In this document: in pieces, positions 30,655-58,872 of the stretch
Numbering within the stretch: the first letter of the stretch is position 1
How the letters are laid out: every line of letters starts with the position of its first letter
NCBI RefSeq assembly: GCF_009914755.1
Contig: NC_060946.1
Strand: one strand, 5' to 3'
Source of the DNA: the human T2T-CHM13v2.0 reference genome, Homo sapiens
Length of the DNA: 64,000 nt
Notes under the pieces: model-generated
What the model was told of the DNA's origin: nothing
Database searches by the model: none
The model's input: the letters and a program-made list of their open reading frames with translations, nothing else
Translations under genes and position numbers: made by a program

Positions 30655-32340
<1,686 letters not shown>

Positions 32341-32432
32341 CCAGTCATTCCTCCCAAGAGGGCTTGCAAGGCTCTTTCTGTGGTTGTCATTGGGTTTATT
32401 TTTTTGATGATTTACTGTTCTTCTTATTGTGA

Positions 32433-32743
<311 letters not shown>

Positions 32744-33187
32744 TGAATATAAATTTAATGTAACAAATCTTGATGTAAGAGAAGTAAAAAAAACTTTATA
32801 CTACTCAGACTCCCTCCACCTAAAGATAGCAAATAGTAATACATATATATGTAACGTGGAGATAGTAATATTTCTGTACTTCCATCCAGTCATTTTTCTA
32901 TGATATGTTCTACAAAATATTTTTTACCTTATGAATATTTTGTAACCATAACAGCACATTGAATTTTGAGCATTTTCCTATTAAAGATAGTTCAGAAGCA
33001 TGATTTTCAGTTATTGCCTGTGGTCCATGGAACTCCTGTACCGCAAAGTATTTAGCCATGCCCTTTTTGATAGATCCTTATCTTGTTTACCATGCTAAAG
33101 TTTTATAAACTACACTTGTATATAAATCCCCACCCTTTTCTCTGCTGGGTTCCCCAGAGTAAATACCAAGGAGTGAAGATACCTGGC

Positions 33188-33876
<689 letters not shown>

Positions 33877-33986
33877 CTGGCCAAAGGGTAAGAACTGTTT
33901 GATTCCGGGTCTGGATTCCCAGCTTGACCTAGGTGATCCTTCTGCTTGGTCAGTTTCAAGCTGGCATGGCTGGAGAGAAAAGATAC

Positions 33987-34716
33987 TGAGAAATAAAAAT
34001 AAAAATTTAAGCCCCCCCCCCCAACCAACTGAACAGACCCCCTCTTGGCCAGGGGACCCCAGAGAAACCTGGGAAGCCGAGTTCCTGGCCATGATGGGAT
34101 GGGAGGTTGGACACACTTCATTATCTGCCCCCGCTCCATAACCGATAACCACCATTAGGCTTTTTTCCCTAAGAGTTAAACAGAAACAAGCCTCTTTGAA
34201 AGACTTCAACATTGATACCAACCAACCATCTGACACTGCCCCTCCCTTTTTGTGGCACACAACAACTGACCAGCATTCTTTCTTAGTAAGAGACCACCAA
34301 CCCTGGAGTGGTTCTGGCCAGCCTGTGGAGGATGTGCAGTGAAAGCTTTTGTGTCCTCTGATACACCTTTTGACATTAGAGGGCTGAAAACTCCACCTTC
34401 AGATCACGCTAACACTGCCATTTTTTGTAGGTGCTACCCATGAAGGGGGATGAAGCTCAGTTGCACATGTGCATATTTCTCTTCTCATAAATATTTATAA
34501 CTCCTCCTGTAGCTTATTGAATATGTATATTTGGCCACCCTGATCAACATAAATTCCTGTCTTACTCTTCCAACCCTTGAAGTGCCTGTTTATGGCTTCT
34601 GGCCAGAGGCTACACTTCCCAGCCTATTCAAATGGCCACTCTGCAGGGTGCAACCTTTTATGATAAATAAAACTCTCCTTTCCAGGTTTATGAACCTCGT
34701 CATTCTTCAGTTAACA
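33987..34716 (+). mobile_element. ERV1 solo LTR (MER39-like)
   Basis: tgagaaataaaaataaaa..aagccccc..aactgaacagaccccctcttggcca...aataaa...cagttaaca. TG..CA ends and 4-bp TSD ATAC. Confidence 0.85.
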
Positions 34717-34862
34717 ATACCCAGTATGCCAGTCTTTTGAGGACACAGTATTCAAGGAGGCTGAAGCTGGGAACCATCTGCACTCTTTAGGCAGGCCTGG
34801 GACAGAGCTGGATTCACTCAGACCTGCAGTTTTCACTCAAGGGAATTAGGGCATAAGGATGT

Positions 34863-35387
34863 TGTTACTGAGCAAGTGGTCTTGCTGCCTGATGCACACG
34901 GAAGCCGATACATATGGCACCAGCTTTTGAGAAAAGAAAAGCTTTATTGCAAAACTGACCAGCAAGGAGAGAGGAGGTGGGCTCAAATCCGTCTCCCTGA
35001 TTTGAGGTATGGGGCAAGTTTTAAGGGATCAGGTGGCAAGAGAAAGTATTTATCAATGCTGGCTTGCCAGGGTCTGATTGGAGGGCTTCAAATTTGACCA
35101 TATGTGGTAATGTATATTAAAGTAGATTTTAGCCCCAGACCTTCCAGGCTGATGGACCCCTTTGCTTGTGAATGAGTTCTGGTTTTCAACTTCTGGTCAT
35201 GTCCCAGTCTTCTTGGTTCTAAGAGGACGAATCATTGGTTCTGGGTGTTGTTGGAGGTCAAAGTTTTTTCTACGGCACATGCCCAGGCTACATGACTTGC
35301 AGTTTTGGGCTCTGTTCTACCTAAAAGGCAGCTTGACATTTTGTTACCAACAGGGTAGGCCCAGTTTGGGCTGGTCCCACAACTACA
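34863..35387 (-). mobile_element. ERV solo LTR, antisense (ERVL-type, subfamily uncertain)
   Basis: tgttactgagcaag..ttgctgcctgatgcac...gaaaagctttattgc (AATAAA on minus). TG/CA ends. Confidence 0.65.
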
Positions 35388-36407
35388 GTGTCAGAACTTG
35401 GAAAGGATACTTGTACCCCAGTGTGCCAAAGTGTGCACCCTTTGTGACCAGGTGAAAACTTCTAGAGCATGAAGCAAGAGGGAAATAAAGAAGACTGTGT
35501 GTCCTTAAACTTCTTCCATGAGACCTTCTAAATCAGATGGGGGCAGGAGCTGTGTTAACCTTGACTGAGGTCAATGACTTCAAAAGCAGAAATGAGCCTG
35601 CAGCCTTCTACCCCTCCAGGTTCTTCTAAACACACAGAGGAATCCCATCCACTCGTGGGAGTCACTCCATCTGTCTCTCTGTCTCTCTGTCTGTCTAGGC
35701 CCCTGGATACTGGGCACATTAGTGAAGTGTCTGCTGCAATTCTAAGTGTGGTTGACACCATGAATCTTAAATTCCCAGGTGCATTGAATATAAGATGCAC
35801 CCCAATTTCAGAAATGATAAAACATTTAAAGAAATAAATAATTTATCTGTATTTCACTTTACTTCCAAGGGGAAATTAGATGGCAGCCCATAAAATAGAG
35901 CAAAATAAAAATTAATGGACTTTTAAAAGTAAAAACAGGAGAAGAATATTTGGCTTCTCATCCAGATGAAGCTATGATTCATGCCCTGAGGTGCCTGTCT
36001 GGGCTGTGAACACAGAACAATAAAATATGCAAAGAAAATATTGAAAGGATATAAGTGGGCTCCAATCGATAAACAAGATAAACTTCACAATGGTCCAGAA
36101 ACACAAACTTCTGAGTATTGACGTGGGCCTGCCGGGCTCTGGACCTGAGACATAATAGGGACCCAAGGCTGGGAACACAGCCAGGCTTCCTATTTGAATC
36201 CAGGGGATGGAGGAGAGAGGAGTCACCCCTGTGTCAGAAAAAAAGTCTGAAAAATTGGATTCAGTCATTTCATGGGGGTGGGGTGTGACAGTTTATGTGA
36301 AAGTGTGGCCCTGGGTCAAAGGAGAACACAGATATAGTCATCTTAATCTCTTGTCCCCTGGTTTAACAAGTAGACCAAGAGGGTCAGGATTCCAAACCAC
36401 CAACAAA

Positions 36408-36510
36408 ATATATATACACATATATATTATACACATATATGTATATATGTATGTATATGTGTATGTGTGTGTATATATAATATGCATATATGTGTGTGTA
36501 TATATATATA
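36408..36510 (+). repeat. (TA/TG/CA)n alternating purine-pyrimidine microsatellite
   Basis: Directly visible. Confidence 0.9.
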
Positions 36511-37259
36511 TTTCTTTACCACAGACCAGACATCAAGTGGACCCACCCCAAACTGCTAGATGGGGGAAGGGAGTACCAAGAGAGAAAGAGAGACAAAGTC
36601 TTTCAACACAAAATGAGTCTGAGATTCAAAATTCTGAAGCCCATGAAGACATCTTATGCTAAGAATAATAGTCAAGAAAAATCAATAATTGTAAGGTGAA
36701 TTAACTCCAGAGGAAATTAAAATAATAGAAGAGTCTGAAAAAAACAGACTTTAAAGTAAGTATATTTGGGATGCTCAGTGAGAACAAGGAAGGAATAATA
36801 TTTGTGAAAAGAACAGATTGTGGAGAAAAAGCCATATTGTACCAAGATCAGGTACCTGTGAAAAAGTACCTTTTAAAAGAAAATGTAGTTGATTTCCATT
36901 TCCAGTGAGATGGAGTAGATGCACTCATGCCTATTCTTTGCAGAAAACGTATCGAAAAACAGCTTTGAAAAAAAAAAACCACAAGATGCAGTAGGTGGAG
37001 AGAAGGCACCTCAGGACCTAAGGAATAACACTGTGGTGAGTTCCTCGAGTTTTCTTTTGCATCATATAACCCAGACTTGGAGCTGAAGAAGCTGGCAACC
37101 CCGAAATGCCAATGGGTGCAGACAAAAAAAAAGCACCCCCTCCATAAAAGCCTGCTCTCTCTAGACAAAAACAAACAAACAAATAAACAAAGTGGGGGGC
37201 AGGGGCAGCCTAGCAAGAGAGGAAACTTAGACAGTGATCACTCTACTCTAGCCAAACAC

Positions 37260-42475
<5,216 letters not shown>

Positions 42476-42487
42476 AAGAGAAAATGT

Positions 42488-42825
42488 GGCTGGGTATGGT
42501 GGCTCACACCTGTAATTTCAGCACTGTGGGAGGCTGAGGTGGGAGGATCGCTTGAGCTCTGGAGTTTGAGGCCAGCCTGGGCAACATAGGGAGACCCTGT
42601 CTCTACAAAAAATTAGAAAATTAGAAAATTACCTGGTCCGGTGGCACATGCCAGTAGACACAGCTACTCAAGAGTCTGAGGTGGGAGGATTGCTTGAGCC
42701 CAGGAAGTCAAGGCTGCAGTGAGCTGTGATCATACTACTGCATTCCAGCCCTGTGGGCAATAGAGCAAGACCTCATCTCAAAAAACAAACCAAAAAAAAA
42801 GAAGAAGAAGAAAAAGTAAAAGAAA
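42488..42825 (+). mobile_element. AluJ
   Basis: J diagnostics (ggaggatcgcttgagc, gtcaaggctgcagtgagctgtg). Confidence 0.9.
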
Positions 42826-43347
42826 ATAATTGAAGTAAATAGTTAATAGAGAGTGTAAATTTTAGGCTGGACACAGCTAAATAAATCATGAATTAGAAGG
42901 AAGTACTGAATAATTCATCTAGAAGGCAGCAAAGACACAAATATTTTGAAAAATATGAAAAAGGTAAAACACTTGGAGGATAGAAAAGAACAAAGAAGGA
43001 GGAGAAACAATATCTGATAAGATAAAATAGCTGAAAACTTTTCCAGAACTGGAGAAAGATAGGAGTCCAAAATTAAAGTGTCCACATTCATTAAATCCAG
43101 GCTGTATTAGTTAGTCATTGCTGTGTAACAAACTACCCCTATTTGTAATTCGTTAAGTCCCCATTTTTATTGGTGTATTTTGAATGCAGAGCCAATAGGA
43201 CTTGCTGATGGGCTGGATGTGAAGTGTGAGAAACAGCAAGGACTTAAGGCTGCCCCCAGGTTCTGTAAACGTGGAGACATCAACTGAAGCAGCAACAAGG
43301 GTGAGAGAAATAGGCTTGGCGAGGAGAAGATCACAGATTGTTGAGCT

Positions 43348-43580
43348 TGGAGTGGGAGCTAAGCTATGTGGATGTAAAGGCATAAGAATGGCACAATGGA
43401 CTTTGGGGACTCAGGGGAAAAGGGTGGGAAGGGGGTGAGGGATAAAAGACTACAAATTCGGTGCAGTATGTACTGCTCGGGTGACAGGTGCACCAAAATC
43501 CCACAAATCAACACTAAAGAACTTCCTCATGTCGCCAAACACCACCTGTTCCCCAGTTACCTATGGAAATAAAAAATGTA
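43348..43580 (+). mobile_element. L1PB-like 3' end inserted in an L2 fragment
   Basis: gtgggagctaagctatg...ggactttggggactc...gggataaaagactacaa...cctatggaaataaaaaa. Confidence 0.8.
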
Positions 43581-43917
43581 ATAAATTCTCCCAGTGGGAT
43601 GATATCAGGCTGGCTCTGGAATATGGGATTCTGGAGTTCTGGAAAGAGGTCCTTTGGAGAATCATTAATAACCAGTATTTAAAGCCCAATCCTGTGATCA
43701 CCTTGGCAGAGAGTGTAAACAGGAAAAGGAAGAAGGCTGAGAATTGTGCAGGCCATGGTTTAGAGGCATAGGGTTTGGGGAGGAGCTAGCAGAGATGTCA
43801 GCTGAGGAGTGGCCAATGGGGCAGATGGAAAATCAGGCAACTGCTGAGCCTCAGAAGCCAAGAAAAGGCTTCCAGGAGGAGGTGGGGTGATCGATCATGT
43901 CAAGGTCTTAGGAAAGA

Positions 43918-45925
<2,008 letters not shown>

Positions 45926-45929
45926 AGTT

Positions 45930-48140
<2,211 letters not shown>

Positions 48141-48617
48141 CCTGCTGTATTGGAGGATGTGACACATTTATTTCCACATCTTTTGCAAAAATCAATAACA
48201 CATGGATAAAAGACCTAAAGACGAGTAGCAAAATTCTAAAACTTTTAGAAGCAAATATAGGACAGTATCATTTGGCCCCAGGGTTACGAAGTCTCCCTTA
48301 AGTAAGACACCAAAACTCAAACTACCAAGAGAGATAGATAAATTCAGTTAATCAAAACATGTAACACTTCCGCATGTGCAAGCATGCACACACACAAATA
48401 ACACAAAATGAAGGTCAAGATGAAGGCCAAGGTCAAGATGAGAGAAGATCGTTGTTTAAGTTATGACCAGCAGTACATCCAATAGAAAAATAAGGAAAGA
48501 CTATGAAGAGTTACTTTTTAGAAGAAGAAACCCAAAAGGCCAGCAAACAGACTGGAAAAAAAAGAAAAAAGAAAAAAGAAAAGAAAAGCTCAATTTGACT
48601 AACAATCAAGAAATTGT

Positions 48618-48955
48618 GGCCAGGTGCAGTGGCTCACGCCTGTAATCCCAACACTTTGGGAAGATCCCCAACAAGGCGTGTGGATCACCTGAGGTCGGGA
48701 ATTCAAGACCAGCCTGGCCAACATGGCAAAACCCCGTCTCTACTAAAAATACAAAAAATTAGCCAGGCATAGTGGCTCATGCTTGTAATCCCAGCCACTC
48801 GGGAGGCTGAGGAGCAAGAATCACTTGAACCCAGAAGGCGGAGGTTGCAGTGAGCCAAGATCATGCCACTGCACTCCAGCCTGGGTGACAGAGTGAGACT
48901 CTGTTTCCAAAGAAGAAAGAAAAAAAGAAGAGAAAAGAGAAGAGAAGAGAAGAGA
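48618..48955 (+). mobile_element. Alu (AluS) with (GAGAA)n tail
   Basis: Alu consensus. Confidence 0.9.
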
Positions 48956-50423
48956 TTGCAAGCTAAATCCAAAACGGGTTTCCATGTTTTTGTATTGTCT
49001 TTATTTGTTCATGTGTGAGGGGACCGCTATTCAGTGTTTTTGCTTTTATCTAAATTTTAGGTTAAAGAACATGGATAAAGAATTGAATTTTTCTATAAGT
49101 ATTGTTTTACTAAAAACAGCAATCTCTTACCCACATCCCCATTTCCCACTTCCCAAAAACGTACTCTTTTGCCTGATTTTTTAACATGTAGCTATAAATC
49201 TATCAATATCATTCTTAGATTGTTATTGATTACTTAGATTAGGCATTATCTATCAGCTTCCCATTGTGAAAGATGATGATTTAGCTTCACTTCATGCCTG
49301 CAAACACTACACAATCTCCTCTTTCCTGACTTCTCTCTTAATCCTCAACCTCTTGCTTTCTCTCTCCACCCCTCACAGATGTGTATATTGTAATTGTGTT
49401 TAGATCAATATCCAATACTTTTTATGACTATATAAGTATATTTACAGCTGAACCATACAGTATTCTATGATTACTTTTCCTTTCTTATATTTTTTTCCTG
49501 AATTCATGATTGTCTTGTTTTTTATTTGCTTTGTTTTCAATTACATATTGCTAATTTAGTCTCACATTTACCACTGATTGTCTAAATGGCCTCTCAATAT
49601 ATTTATATGCAACAGAATTCTAACACTTTTACGTTATTGGTGATAATTCTCCTAGAGAACTTTAATATGCCCCAATATGAACTGGTAATCCTCTACATCC
49701 TGGGATCTGCCTTCATGAATCCCTTCTAAGGATTCTCTTCATTTCTCCTTCAAGTTGAATTCCCTACTTCTTTTTCTTCTGCCTTCTTTCTTTTGGTTTA
49801 TGTCATTGTTTAGTGGTGAAAACGCGTTAGTAGCTTTCTCAGAAAAGGTGTGTTAAAAGTTTTTGGTTTTGGTTTTGTTTAAAATCTAATGTCACATTTC
49901 AGCTGGTTTTAGAATTTAAATTCTAAAATTGAAATGCCTTCAGAATTTTGAAGGCATTCTTCTATTATCATCTAACTAGCAATATTGCTGCTGGGAGGGC
50001 AAAAATCATTCTGCCTCAAGATCCGTGCTTCCTCTTAGGAAGTGTGTGAGTATTTGCTCTGTTGTTCTAAAATTCTAAAAAATTTATTTTTACCCATTGT
50101 GTTGGAAACTCATTGAGCCATTTCAATCAGAAAACTCAAGTCCTCCAGTTCTAATTTGCTAGACGAGTTCCTTCTGTCTTTTCTCCTTTGTTTCTCTTTC
50201 TTACCAGACAAGCTGAACTGCCTGTCCCCACTAATGAATCAGAAAAAAAATGCTTGTGAACCAAACTTTGGTTAAGCTTGTCTCCTTCCTCAAAATTCAA
50301 AAATCTCTGAACTTTGAACATTGCCCTCCACCACCTCACCTTAGCTAACTTACAACCCTTCCTAAGAATAGGCTGGCCTCACAATAAAATATTCTTTGAT
50401 CTACTATTTAATCACACTATCCT

Positions 50424-50727
<304 letters not shown>

Positions 50728-51900
50728 CAGACCATCCTTTCATCCCATTTCCCCACACCTAGCTCTTTCTAGCTTTGCTTACTCCTCTCTAGAAAAGAAA
50801 AGTTCTTTTTGTCTAACTCTGGAGATGCTTGCAGACCTCATGGGCAGAGTGTTCTATTACAATAGTTCCCCTCCACCCACTTGCAATAGTCCTTCTGAAT
50901 AAAGTCTTTCTTTACTACAACCAAATTTGTGTTTCCTCTGCCAGCATAAGCCTCAGGGTATAGGAGGGCAGCACCCCAGCATGGCACCAGGGAGAAGAAT
51001 CAGGATCAAACTGCCTCTTAGCCAGGCACCCTTCATCCCTCTTCCAGGGGATTCTGTGGGGATAAGTCAGGGCTTCTCAGATTTCCCCCATACCTGTTCT
51101 GATTCATCTTTCTCAGAGCTGCTGGGTCAGGTGCTGCGTGTCTCTTTCTGCTTCTCAAATCTTATTTCCATCATCTCCTGTCCTGTTCTCTTTGTCCTTG
51201 TGGATAAACATCTGTAAAAATCCACTGAATGTCATGCTAGTGGGTTTGAAGAGGGAGAGTGAGAAATAGTGTGTGTTTCATACACCATCTTTACCAGCCT
51301 AATTTCCATCCTAATGTCTGCGTCTATTTTTATCTTGTTTACTGTAGGAATAATGTCTCCATAATCCTAAGACACAAATTTTTCAAAGTGTAAATGTTTC
51401 TGAAATGAGCGAATTCATCTTACAGTGGCTGTCAAAGACCTGGCCAGTCCCAAGCCTAGGTGGGCATAGAGTGACCCCACCCCCCAAACTAAGAGGGGTC
51501 TTGGGATTTGGGAATTTCCATTTTAAACATGGGATAAGCAAGTCATCCTATGCAAGGGTGACCCAGCTGTACAGGCCAGAGGGTGTGACCTCAGCCCACT
51601 TGGTGTCCTCTCAACCTCGTCACTTCAGTTAATTTGTGGACAGTGGTAGCACCACAGCATTTAGACTGAAACCTAAGTGTGCACACCTAATTTGACTTTA
51701 AAATTGGGTTTCATGGGACAAGATGGTGAAGTATTAAAGCCAAACATTCATTTCTCCTTGTTGGTCAGTGCAGGCTGCCTGGAGAAATGACGAGTTGTCC
51801 ACATGGAAAAGAGGCATCTGCAGAGCTGCCCACGCCATCAGCAGCTTCATCACAAGTTGATGCCTGCATGTGGCAGGGGGCGGGGGAGTTCCCCCTCACC

Positions 51901-52195
51901 TTTTTTTTTTTTTTTGAGATGGAGTCTCACTCTGTTGCCCAGGCTAGAGTGAAGTGACACGATATCGGCTCACTGCAACCTCCACCTCCCGGTTCAAGTG
52001 ATTCTCCTGATTCTCCTGCCTCAGCTTCCTGAGTAACTGGGATTACAGGCACACATCACCACGCATGGCTAGTTTTTGTATTTTTAGTAGAGATGGGGTT
52101 TCACCATGTTTGCCAGGCTGGTCTTGAACTCCTGACCTCAAGTGATCTGCCTGCCTCAGCCTCCCAAAGTGCTGGGATTACAGGCATGAGCCACT
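51901..52195 (-). mobile_element. Alu (AluS)
   Basis: Alu consensus. Confidence 0.92.
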
Positions 52196-52228
52196 TTTGA
52201 GGCTCATGTTTGAAACTGTGTTGGCGTC

Positions 52229-52710
52229 TGTATCAGTCAGCTACAGTTAGTGATGCTGCCTAACAAACCACCCCAAACTCAACGGCTTCGTACAATAATC
52301 AAGTCTTCTCTCCCACATGCCTGTGGTTAGCTGGAGGTCAGTGGACGAGGACTGGGCCAGGCTTGACTCTAAGCTGCAGGTTGAATCCAGGTGTGCTCCA
52401 CCTGTGTTCATTTGCGGCTGCAAGCCAAAGAAGCAGCAGCTACCTCAGGGCAGCCTCCTCATGGGTGGCAGAAGCGCAGTGTGGTGAGGCCACTTCATCT
52501 GAGCATTTCAGGTCTTTGCAGGGCCAAAGCCACTCATTTTCATTTGACCAAAACAAGTCACACCAATAAGTGGGCAACTGGGCTCTACCCACTGTGGAAC
52601 AAATGCAGGTCACATGACCAGGTCCAGCACCAAGGGGTGAAGAAGTGCCATCCCCCATGGGGTTGTGGGGCAGAGGGTGAATATTCTGGAACAATAATCT
52701 AATCTATGTC
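52229..52710 (-). mobile_element. Old MLT1 (J/K-like) LTR
   Basis: tgtatcagtcag...gctgcctaacaaaccaccccaaactcaacggctt...gccaaa..aagtcaca...aataatctaatcta. Confidence 0.7.
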
Positions 52711-52766
52711 AGCATCTTTATACTCACAGCCTGTCTCTCTTAATAGGCAGTTAAAAAATTTAAAAA

Positions 52767-53075
<309 letters not shown>

Positions 53076-53079
53076 ATTT

Positions 53080-53921
53080 CCTATACTCTCACCACCTCTT
53101 CCCTTCTGACATCAAATATGTCTTCCCAAACCAACCAACTCTGCAGCTTCCTGGACACTGGCTGGCTGTTCCACAATTTAACTCAACTCTGACACTACAT
53201 AGCTGGCATTAGTGCAGACCCCACCAGGTAAGGGCCAGTCCCACAAGACTGTCCCCCACTTCAGACACCAGTTGCAAGTATTGAATCCCCACATCGCCCA
53301 CATTTCCATTCAACTTGGCTATAAATTGACTATAAGTCACCCATGACCCCCTCCTCGGTTTCGATTAATTCACCACGACTCAGATCTCAGGGAAACGCTG
53401 CACTTGTGCTCCCTGGTCTATTATAAAGGAGATGATAAAGGGGGCAGGTGAATAGCAGAGGAGGAGGCGTACATGGAGAGGCCTGGGAGGGCCCCTAGAG
53501 CAGGAACTTCTGTCGCCCTGAAGTTGGGGTGCGCCTCCCCCCGGCACCTGGATGTGTTCACCCACCTGGAAGCTCTCTGCACCTGTAGTTCAGGCTTCAT
53601 CATGTAGGCAAGACTGATTATTAGCTCAATCTCCAGCCCCTCTCCCCTGCTTCTAATCATGTCTGGGTCTTTCTAGCACTTAACCCCCACCCAGGAGCCA
53701 CCAAGCATCACCTCATTAGAATAAAAGATGCTTCTATCTCCCCAGAAATTCCAAGAGATTCAGAATCACTGTCAGGAACCAGGGTCACAGACAAAATGTC
53801 AGAACAAAAGGTTTTCCTAGCACCCCTGTCACTCAGAAGATTACAAGGGTTTTCAGAGCTCTGGCCCACAGCCAGGGACAAAGACCAAAATATACGTTTC
53901 TAATTATATCACAATATCACA
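53080..53921 (-). mobile_element. MER21-like ERVL LTR
   Basis: aactcaactctgacactac..ctgg..ttagtgcagaccccac..taagggc.cagtcccacaagactg.cccccacttcaga...tatatcacaatatcaca. Confidence 0.8.
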
Positions 53922-54829
53922 GCAGTCACATGGACCTACTGAAGCACTTCAGTGCTGGTTGTTCAGGATGATGAGTGCCTCTGTCTTTGAGTGCTGCCTC
54001 AACTCCCCTCCACTCCACCCCCAAGTGAATTTTTCAATTACTTCTTGGAATACATTTTATGTTGGGCCATCCCAACCATAGTCTCCCAATTCTGTGAGTG
54101 TATTCCTGAGCTACAGTAATAGACAAAAAGGCCAAAAATTCATTTTGCATGTAAGACCCATGCTTGTCACACACCTGCCAATGCATTAAAGGCAGGTGAA
54201 ATTGCCAAATCTCTCAGAATAGAGTCCAGCATTTCCGAGGCTTGGGAGAGGTTTCGGTGACCAATTCGTGTGTTAAAAAGGAATATCACTCAGGAGCCAA
54301 ACATCCCTCCATCTGAAGCGTCTGGCTGCTTTTCAGAAAGAGTCATTTAACTTCCAGTGATAAGTAATTCAATTAAGGGGAAAATGAAACTCTTGCTCCT
54401 GTACAAACCCCCTGGATTCTTCAGTGCCACTCAGATCCATTCTGCCAGTTCTGAGGGTGCGGTGGCAGGCAGATCACAAACAGGGTTTGGAAAGCAAAGT
54501 GTGATGTTACATGCAGTGGCCAAGTGGGATTCAGAAGAAATCGTGGGCTCAAATCTTGATAGTGATCACCAAAAAGAAATTGAGCAATCGGGATGGAATT
54601 GTGTGGTTGGAGGTATGCACTTGTCACTGAGGTTTCTTTTCTTTTTTTTTTTTAATCTTGGAATTATAGTGGTGTTTGCTAGTGTCCTGGAAAACTATCA
54701 AATTAGTGTTGCCTCCCATGCTTGGGGGCATCTTAGGGATGAGGAATGGATTTTGCATGCCACCTCGAATCTAATTTGGGAAGAAAGCTGCGAGTGGGTG
54801 GAGGGACGGAGAGAAAGAAAACACAGTGT

Positions 54830-55192
<363 letters not shown>

Positions 55193-55967
55193 CTACTGTA
55201 TGAGGGCAGGGCAACCCACAAATCTACATGCCGTGGTGACTCAGGATCAGTTAACCAGAAAAGGTGAGGGAAGTCCCTGTGCCTGGAGGATGGGGACCTG
55301 GGATCTGGTCACGGAAGCACCAGTAGCCATCTGGGATGTATCCCAGGAACAAACCCACCTCCCATGTGGCCCAGAGGCTGATGCTCAGGGGCCTTTCTCA
55401 GCCGGCAGCTTCAAGCCCTGCCTCTCCATTTGTTCTGTGTCACGGGGCCACCTGGTCTGGACTGTCACCTTCGAATCAAAATTCACTGAAACATACAAAC
55501 CTTCAATGCTTGACTTAGTGTAGGGTGTGTGGCTCTAGTTATATTTTTTTCTAGTGTACGTTGGAATAAATGAGAAGCTGTCTTAGTTTGGGCCTCTTCA
55601 GAAGTTCACAGCAGGCTCGACAAAGCTGAGGTCTGATGGTCAGATTCAGCCAGTATGAACACAATAAACCACTCTTGGAGACAGTTTATTACTGACATAC
55701 ACAGTGAATGGAAGAGGAGCTGAAAGTGCCAGCTCCCTGGGTCTTTGTCCCACACACAAAAGGACAAGACTGAGCCAAAAGGGGCTGGGGACTGTGACTG
55801 AGCGTGTGGGGTCTCCTGTGGTTGAGGACCCACGTCTCGGCTGCAGATACGCGTGCTTATATTCTGCATTCATCCCAAAAGCTGGGGACGCTGGGAGTCC
55901 CTTGAGAGCTGGTGCCTCAGGGACCCCTGGCAGTGTCTATCCCCCACCCTCAGCACTCACTGGATGA

Positions 55968-56305
<338 letters not shown>

Positions 56306-57456
56306 TCTTCAGCACTTCTGAGCAGGACCAGCTCTTGCAGAGATGCTGCCAACCAAATGGACGTTGTTGGTCTTTAGCGACAGCATGAGCCTGTACAAGC
56401 CACTGGCCTCCCTGTGCCTCTGTTTCCACATCTGCAAAATGGAGACACCACCTTCTGGTGTAGGAGACCGTTTTGGCCCCACGCCACCCCCTCAGCTCAC
56501 CCTGCCAGGCTCAGCAGAGCACCCCCAATGCCGGGACCCAGGCCACTGCCCATGCCCCGCCCCTAGTGCCCTCCAAATGTCCCCACCTCTGTGCTTTCAG
56601 GCTTTTTCTGAAGCCAGGAGCTTACTCAGCCTTCCCCCCATGGGGAGCCTGGACGTGGAGGGGAGTCACCACCCTTCGGGACAAACCTCAACTTGTGGGA
56701 TTGGGGTCAGTGGAGAACAGCCCTGCGTCTTATTGTCAAGGTGCCTTCTACACAGCCACAGGGCCCTGGAGGGGCTGGGCACCCCCTGCAACAGTAACAC
56801 TCTCTGGGCAGGCTTCCCTCCTGACCTGCCTTGCCCTGCTTCCTGGGACTGCAACCTGTACCAGCACCTGCTTCCCTGGCGGCCCACACAGAGCCGCCTC
56901 CCTGATGGGCTTGCTGTGGGATTCGGTGAGTTACACAGCTCATGGCAGGGCAGGAGCTGTCACTGAGAGGTCTGCAGGGCAAGGGCAAGGGCAAGAGGAG
57001 AGAAGGGAGGGCGCCCATTTGTGCTTCGAAGCAGCCGCCCAGGCCATTGAATGGCAGTGGGCCTGGGGGAGCTCAGAGCATGTCCTAGAAGATGCTGTCA
57101 GGATGGTCCAGCCTGGAGATGGGGCCTGGGATGAGGGGCTGCGGTGAAGATGGGGGTAGAGAGGCAGACTGGATACTGTGAAGAGGCAAAGTCCTCAAGA
57201 TTTGGTGATAAATCAGGAAAAGAAGATGAGGGAGAGGGAAATGTTAAGCATGACCTCTAGGCAGAGCGGCTGAGTGGGTGGTGGTGCCAGCCACGGAGAT
57301 GGGGAGCTCTGGCAAAGAACCAGATGTGGGGACCACTTCCCACCCTGCCCTGAGGCTACCAGCCTGGCTGTGACCTCTCAAAGGGAAGACTCCATGTCGA
57401 GAGAAAAGTCAGAAAGGTCCCCCAGCCCAGACAGTTCAGGGAATTGTTTTCCCTAG

Positions 57457-57780
<324 letters not shown>

Positions 57781-58536
57781 TAAAAGCAATTGAAGTGAAG
57801 GTGATACTGAAAAACAAGTCATAATAATGACTGTTTCCTATAAGTTTGAGAGATTAAATTTGTATCAAGCTGGCTATGGCCCCAAGGCCAGAGAGATTGA
57901 GTTGTGGATTCCTTTTCTTTCCAGCTCCTCATTTCTACTGAATTAGAAAATCCCATCTCACAATTCCCGACCTTTGACAACGGCAGGCAGCACACTATGG
58001 CTCCTTCTGGAAAAGACAGGCTGAGATCACACAAGAGGCAGTCACTTTTGACAGATTTCTTGCAGAAAACGGATCCTGCCACTGCCAGACTCAGTCAAAT
58101 GCTGGAGAGCAGGCTGCAAGGAAGATAACAGGAAATGGGCTCCTCACCCGCTTTTTCACTGTGCTCAGCTCTGGACATAGTTCACATTTGGTGGCAGCTC
58201 GTGGATGTGATCCCTTGTGTCTGATCCTCAACTGCTTTTCCCAGCAGTTCTCACTATGATTTGGTCTTTTTGAGGCATCTGTGACTTTCCTGGCCTGAAA
58301 CAACGGGTCCGGGGCCTTCCTGGTACTAAACAGACACTAAATGGATCCTCCTTGAGCCCCTGGACATCTGGCAGGGATATCCACTCACTTTATCCGTGTC
58401 AAGAAGCAGAGGTTTATGTGCTGTTTCGTTTCAAATCTCTTCGTGAGAATGTGGTGCCTCCTGTCAGTGACCTCCCAGGGAGAATTCAGACGCCTCAGCA
58501 GCTGTGCTTCGTCCTGCTGTCAGTGATTCACGTTAA

Positions 58537-58872
<336 letters not shown>

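Noticed and set aside
56343-57147. 207-aa and 224-aa overlapping ORFs
   Set aside because: GC-rich unique/MIR/LTR-derived sequence with no domain similarity or exon structure evident.
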